In this document: one piece after another, positions 61,311 to 64,000 of the stretch | Numbering within the stretch: position 1 is the first letter of the stretch | Layout of the letters: each line of letters begins with the position of its first letter | Source of the DNA: an uncultured delta proteobacterium | GTDB taxonomy: Bacteria; Desulfobacterota; BSN033; UBA1163 | Direction: 5' to 3' | NCBI GenBank assembly: GCA_963708295.1 | Contig: CAVPSJ010000004.1 | Span: forward strand, 928,001-992,000 | DNA length: 64,000 nt | Position numbers and translations under genes: made by a program | The notes under the pieces: generated by a model | Databases searched by the model: none | Told to the model about the DNA's origin: nothing | Seen by the model: the letters and a program-made list of their open reading frames with translations, nothing else

Positions 61311-62846
61311 ATGGCAGAAACAAAACAAGGCATCAATTGGACAACGCTCTGGAAGAAAGATGACTGGGTGTCCGTTTGGATAGGGTTTCTCATTCTAATC
61401 ATTTTCATAGCAGGAGCCACTATCAAATTTCCAGGGTGGAAGTGGATGACGGACGGGGCGTTCGGTGACAAGATATCTGGTTATAGCAAGAAGGTAGACG
61501 CTCTTGCGAAGGAGGCGGAGGCAAAGGGGGAGGAAGGGTTAAAGGCGGCCGCGGCCGAACTCAAGACAGCCTTCGACGCAAAGGATAGGAAGGCAATCGG
61601 AGAGGCCACAGGAAAGTTTGAGAAAGCCATAAAGGATGTAAAAGATAAGGATTTCAGTAAGAAGGCGGAAAAGTTCGCCAAAGACACCAAGGGTGACATA
61701 ACGAGTACGTTTGGAAAGGTATTGTCAGGTCAAAATTTGCTAAGGATGCTCTATCTACTGATCGGTTTCTGGATTTTTGCACTGATCGGGATCCTCATGA
61801 TGGGAATGCCAGCGGGTAAATTTACCGCAGGGTTCCCTATTGTGTTTATCCTTTCGGTCATTGCCGCCATTATTGGGGGAAACTCAACGATTTCCTATTA
61901 TGGTCTCGAGACGGTGTTCTGGGCCCTGATTTTAGGCCTCTTGGTCAGTAACACCATCGGTGTACCGGGATGGCTCAAGGAGGCGGTAAAAACCGAGTAC
62001 TTTATCAAGATCGGCCTGGTTCTCCTGGGCGCGGAAATTCTCTTTACCACCATGGTAAAAGTCGGTGCCTACGGAATGGTTCAATCGATCATTGTGATTG
62101 CTGTGGTTTTCTATGTCTGCTTCTGGTTGGCAAAGAAGTTAGGCCTTGATGATGAATTTGCCTCCATCCTCGGAACAGCCGTTTCCATCTGCGGTGTCTC
62201 CGCTGCCATTGCAGCAGGAGGTGCCGTGAAGGGGGATCCCAAGAAGGTGAGTCACACCATCTCTCTGGTACTCCTCTGTGCAATTCCAATGTTGATATTC
62301 GAACCTTACATCGCAAAAGCGATGGGATGGCTCCCAGCGATGACCGGGGCATGGTTGGGTGGTACCATTGACACCACCGGTGCAGTCGTGGCCGCAGGCG
62401 CCATTGCCGGGCCGGAAGCCATGTCAGTGGCTGTTGTGGTAAAGATGGCGCAGAACGTCCTCATCGGAGTGGCTGCATTTCTGCTGGCCATCTGGTTTGT
62501 CTTCAAAGGAAAGGAAGGCGGGGAAAAACCCGGGGCCGCGGAGATTTGGTTCAGATTCCCGAAGTTTGTCGTTGGCTTCATTATCGCTTCCATTGTCTTC
62601 TCTTTCTTCATGACAGAGGCATCTGCAAAAGCGGTCACAGGGATTACAGCCCCCATCCGGGCATGGTGGTTCAACCTTGCCTTCATCTGTATTGGTCTGG
62701 ATACAAAATTCAAGGACCTTGTGGCCATGGGGGGTGGACGACCTGCGGCTGTCTTTTTGATCGCTCAGGCGTTCAACATCCTGTGGACATTATTGCTCGC
62801 TTGGCTGATCTTCGGCGGTGTACTCTTCCCAATTCCGAAGTTTTAG
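61311..62846 (+). CDS. YeiH / putative sulfate exporter family transporter
   Basis: DDWVSVWIG, EYFIKIGLVLLG, SICGVSAAIA, GGTIDTTGAV, VKMAQN, RFPKFV. Confidence 0.92.
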   Translation: MAETKQGINWTTLWKKDDWVSVWIGFLILIIFIAGATIKFPGWKWMTDGAFGDKISGYSKKVDALAKEAEAKGEEGLKAAAAELKTAFDAKDRKAIGEATGKFEKAIKDVKDKDFSKKAEKFAKDTKGDITSTFGKVLSGQNLLRMLYLLIGFWIFALIGILMMGMPAGKFTAGFPIVFILSVIAAIIGGNSTISYYGLETVFWALILGLLVSNTIGVPGWLKEAVKTEYFIKIGLVLLGAEILFTTMVKVGAYGMVQSIIVIAVVFYVCFWLAKKLGLDDEFASILGTAVSICGVSAAIAAGGAVKGDPKKVSHTISLVLLCAIPMLIFEPYIAKAMGWLPAMTGAWLGGTIDTTGAVVAAGAIAGPEAMSVAVVVKMAQNVLIGVAAFLLAIWFVFKGKEGGEKPGAAEIWFRFPKFVVGFIIASIVFSFFMTEASAKAVTGITAPIRAWWFNLAFICIGLDTKFKDLVAMGGGRPAAVFLIAQAFNILWTLLLAWLIFGGVLFPIPKF

Positions 62847-62857
62847 ACGATAGACCT

Positions 62858-62906
62858 ACCCCTCGCCCTTTCCCTCCCCTCTGAGGGGAGAGGGTGGGGT
62901 GAGGGG
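62858..62906. repeat. REP-like palindrome between convergent genes
   Basis: ccctcccctctgaggggagagggtggggtgagggg. Confidence 0.6.
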
Positions 62907-64000
62907 TTAGACCCCAAGAATCTTATGGCAGGTTTTACAAGGCGTGGGCGGTTCTGGAAGGTTGGGCTCACCAATATTTTTCATTTTCGGACTATCCCAA
63001 AGGGATAGGTAGGACTCTCTGATCGTTTTCTCCCTTTCCACAAAAAGATCTCTGAATCCGACGTAATGACGGTCCTCCCATATTTCTGAGAATGATCTCT
63101 TCATGATATCACCGAAATCCACCTTTTCCACCCAGCATTCTCTGCCACAAAAAATTCTTTTGAAAGGGGAAGCCAAAGGGGGATAAAGATAGACGCAGGG
63201 CGATACTTTCCCGTCTGCAGAGATGTAAAGATTCCTCAGTGGGTTCTCTTCACAGACGGGTACATCGATAGCAGATAGGGACGGTCTCTTAAGTCGAATG
63301 CTCAATTTCCGTGCATTGACTTCTGCCTGTTTTACGATCTCTTCGTATTTGTTCCTAACGCTCTCCCAGACAAAGATCCTCTCTGTTTCCTGCCAGGCGT
63401 TGATCGTATGACAGATATTGGTTAGGGCGACCTCTTCAATTCCTGCTTCTTTAGCAAAAGAGGGAACTGAGGGGACCTCCTCGATATTGTCTTTGACCAT
63501 GAGAAAGACGAGGTGCATCTTGGGTCGAGAAAGACCCTGGCGCTTTTTCTCTTCATGAAAGAGACGAATGGCGTTTAGCACCTCAGGAAGATGGGAGTTG
63601 ACCCGGATGGCATCGTGTGTTTCCGGCGTTGTTCCTGCAATTGAAAAACCAACGAAATCAAGGCCTGCCTCAATGAGCTCCGAGACCCGGCCTTTTGTCA
63701 ATCCTTTCCCGCTGGTGACAAACCCGACCTGGGCTCCCTCTTTTTTAACAAGCCTGATGCATTCGGAAAGATCCTTATGAAGTAGAGATTCCCCCCAACC
63801 TTCGAGAACAACGCTTTCAACCTCCCTCAGGTAGGGAAGGAGTTTTCTGAAATCCTCAAGGGCCATGTCCTGGTATTGCCAGTCGGCGTTTTCTCTGCGG
63901 ATACACATTTTGCATTGAAGAGGACATCGGGTCGTCAACTCAATTTGCCAAGCCGAAAAGGGTTTTCTTATTCCTCTTCGCAGGAACTTTCCAAAAATCT
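62907..64000 (-). CDS. Radical SAM / SPASM-like domain protein (start beyond the window)
   Basis: CPLQCKMC motif, GWGESLLH, C-terminal SPCV...CKTC; frame open to the window edge. Confidence 0.9.
   Translation of the reverse strand, partial: IFGKFLRRGIRKPFSAWQIELTTRCPLQCKMCIRRENADWQYQDMALEDFRKLLPYLREVESVVLEGWGESLLHKDLSECIRLVKKEGAQVGFVTSGKGLTKGRVSELIEAGLDFVGFSIAGTTPETHDAIRVNSHLPEVLNAIRLFHEEKKRQGLSRPKMHLVFLMVKDNIEEVPSVPSFAKEAGIEEVALTNICHTINAWQETERIFVWESVRNKYEEIVKQAEVNARKLSIRLKRPSLSAIDVPVCEENPLRNLYISADGKVSPCVYLYPPLASPFKRIFCGRECWVEKVDFGDIMKRSFSEIWEDRHYVGFRDLFVEREKTIRESYLSLWDSPKMKNIGEPNLPEPPTPCKTCHKILGV

Overview
64-kb window from an anaerobic bacterium with Desulfobacterota-like (deltaproteobacterial) features; the taxonomy is inferred from protein style only. 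It has four blocks. (1) 1-7 kb: accessory genes (partial sirtuin, M24 peptidase, methyltransferase, PcaD-like hydrolase, a CstR/CsoR-DsrE2-CopZ-FmdB cluster with a candidate selenocysteine codon plus SECIS) and nested miniature repeat elements. (2) 7.2-26.8 kb, minus strand: contiguous str-S10-spc-alpha ribosomal protein operons; six spacers carry inverted short-tandem-repeat hairpins, and tuf has an extreme G/T codon skew. (3) 27-40.3 kb, minus strand: reductive-type dissimilatory sulfite reduction cluster dsrA-B-D-N-C-M2-K2-T-M-K-J-O-P with two dsrMK pairs, an atypical DsrD, an ActC-like 'DsrP' and a sigma-54 promoter. (4) 40.5-62.9 kb, directly upstream of dsrA: an uncharacterised periplasmic system with an arylsulfate sulfotransferase, a Tat-exported alkaline-phosphatase-superfamily hydrolase, a PsrABC-like molybdoenzyme complex, two ComEA-fold proteins with degenerate DNA-binding motifs and C-terminal Cys tails, a 949-aa internally duplicated CGHC protein, two YeiH-family transporters and a two-component system. 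Two divergent sigma-54 promoters in this block share an upstream enhancer motif. My hypothesis is a route that releases sulfite from sulfate esters or S-sulfonates for DsrAB. Small indels cluster at 40.2-41.8 kb and 51.6-59.4 kb and are probably assembly errors. No rRNA, tRNA or CRISPR array was seen.
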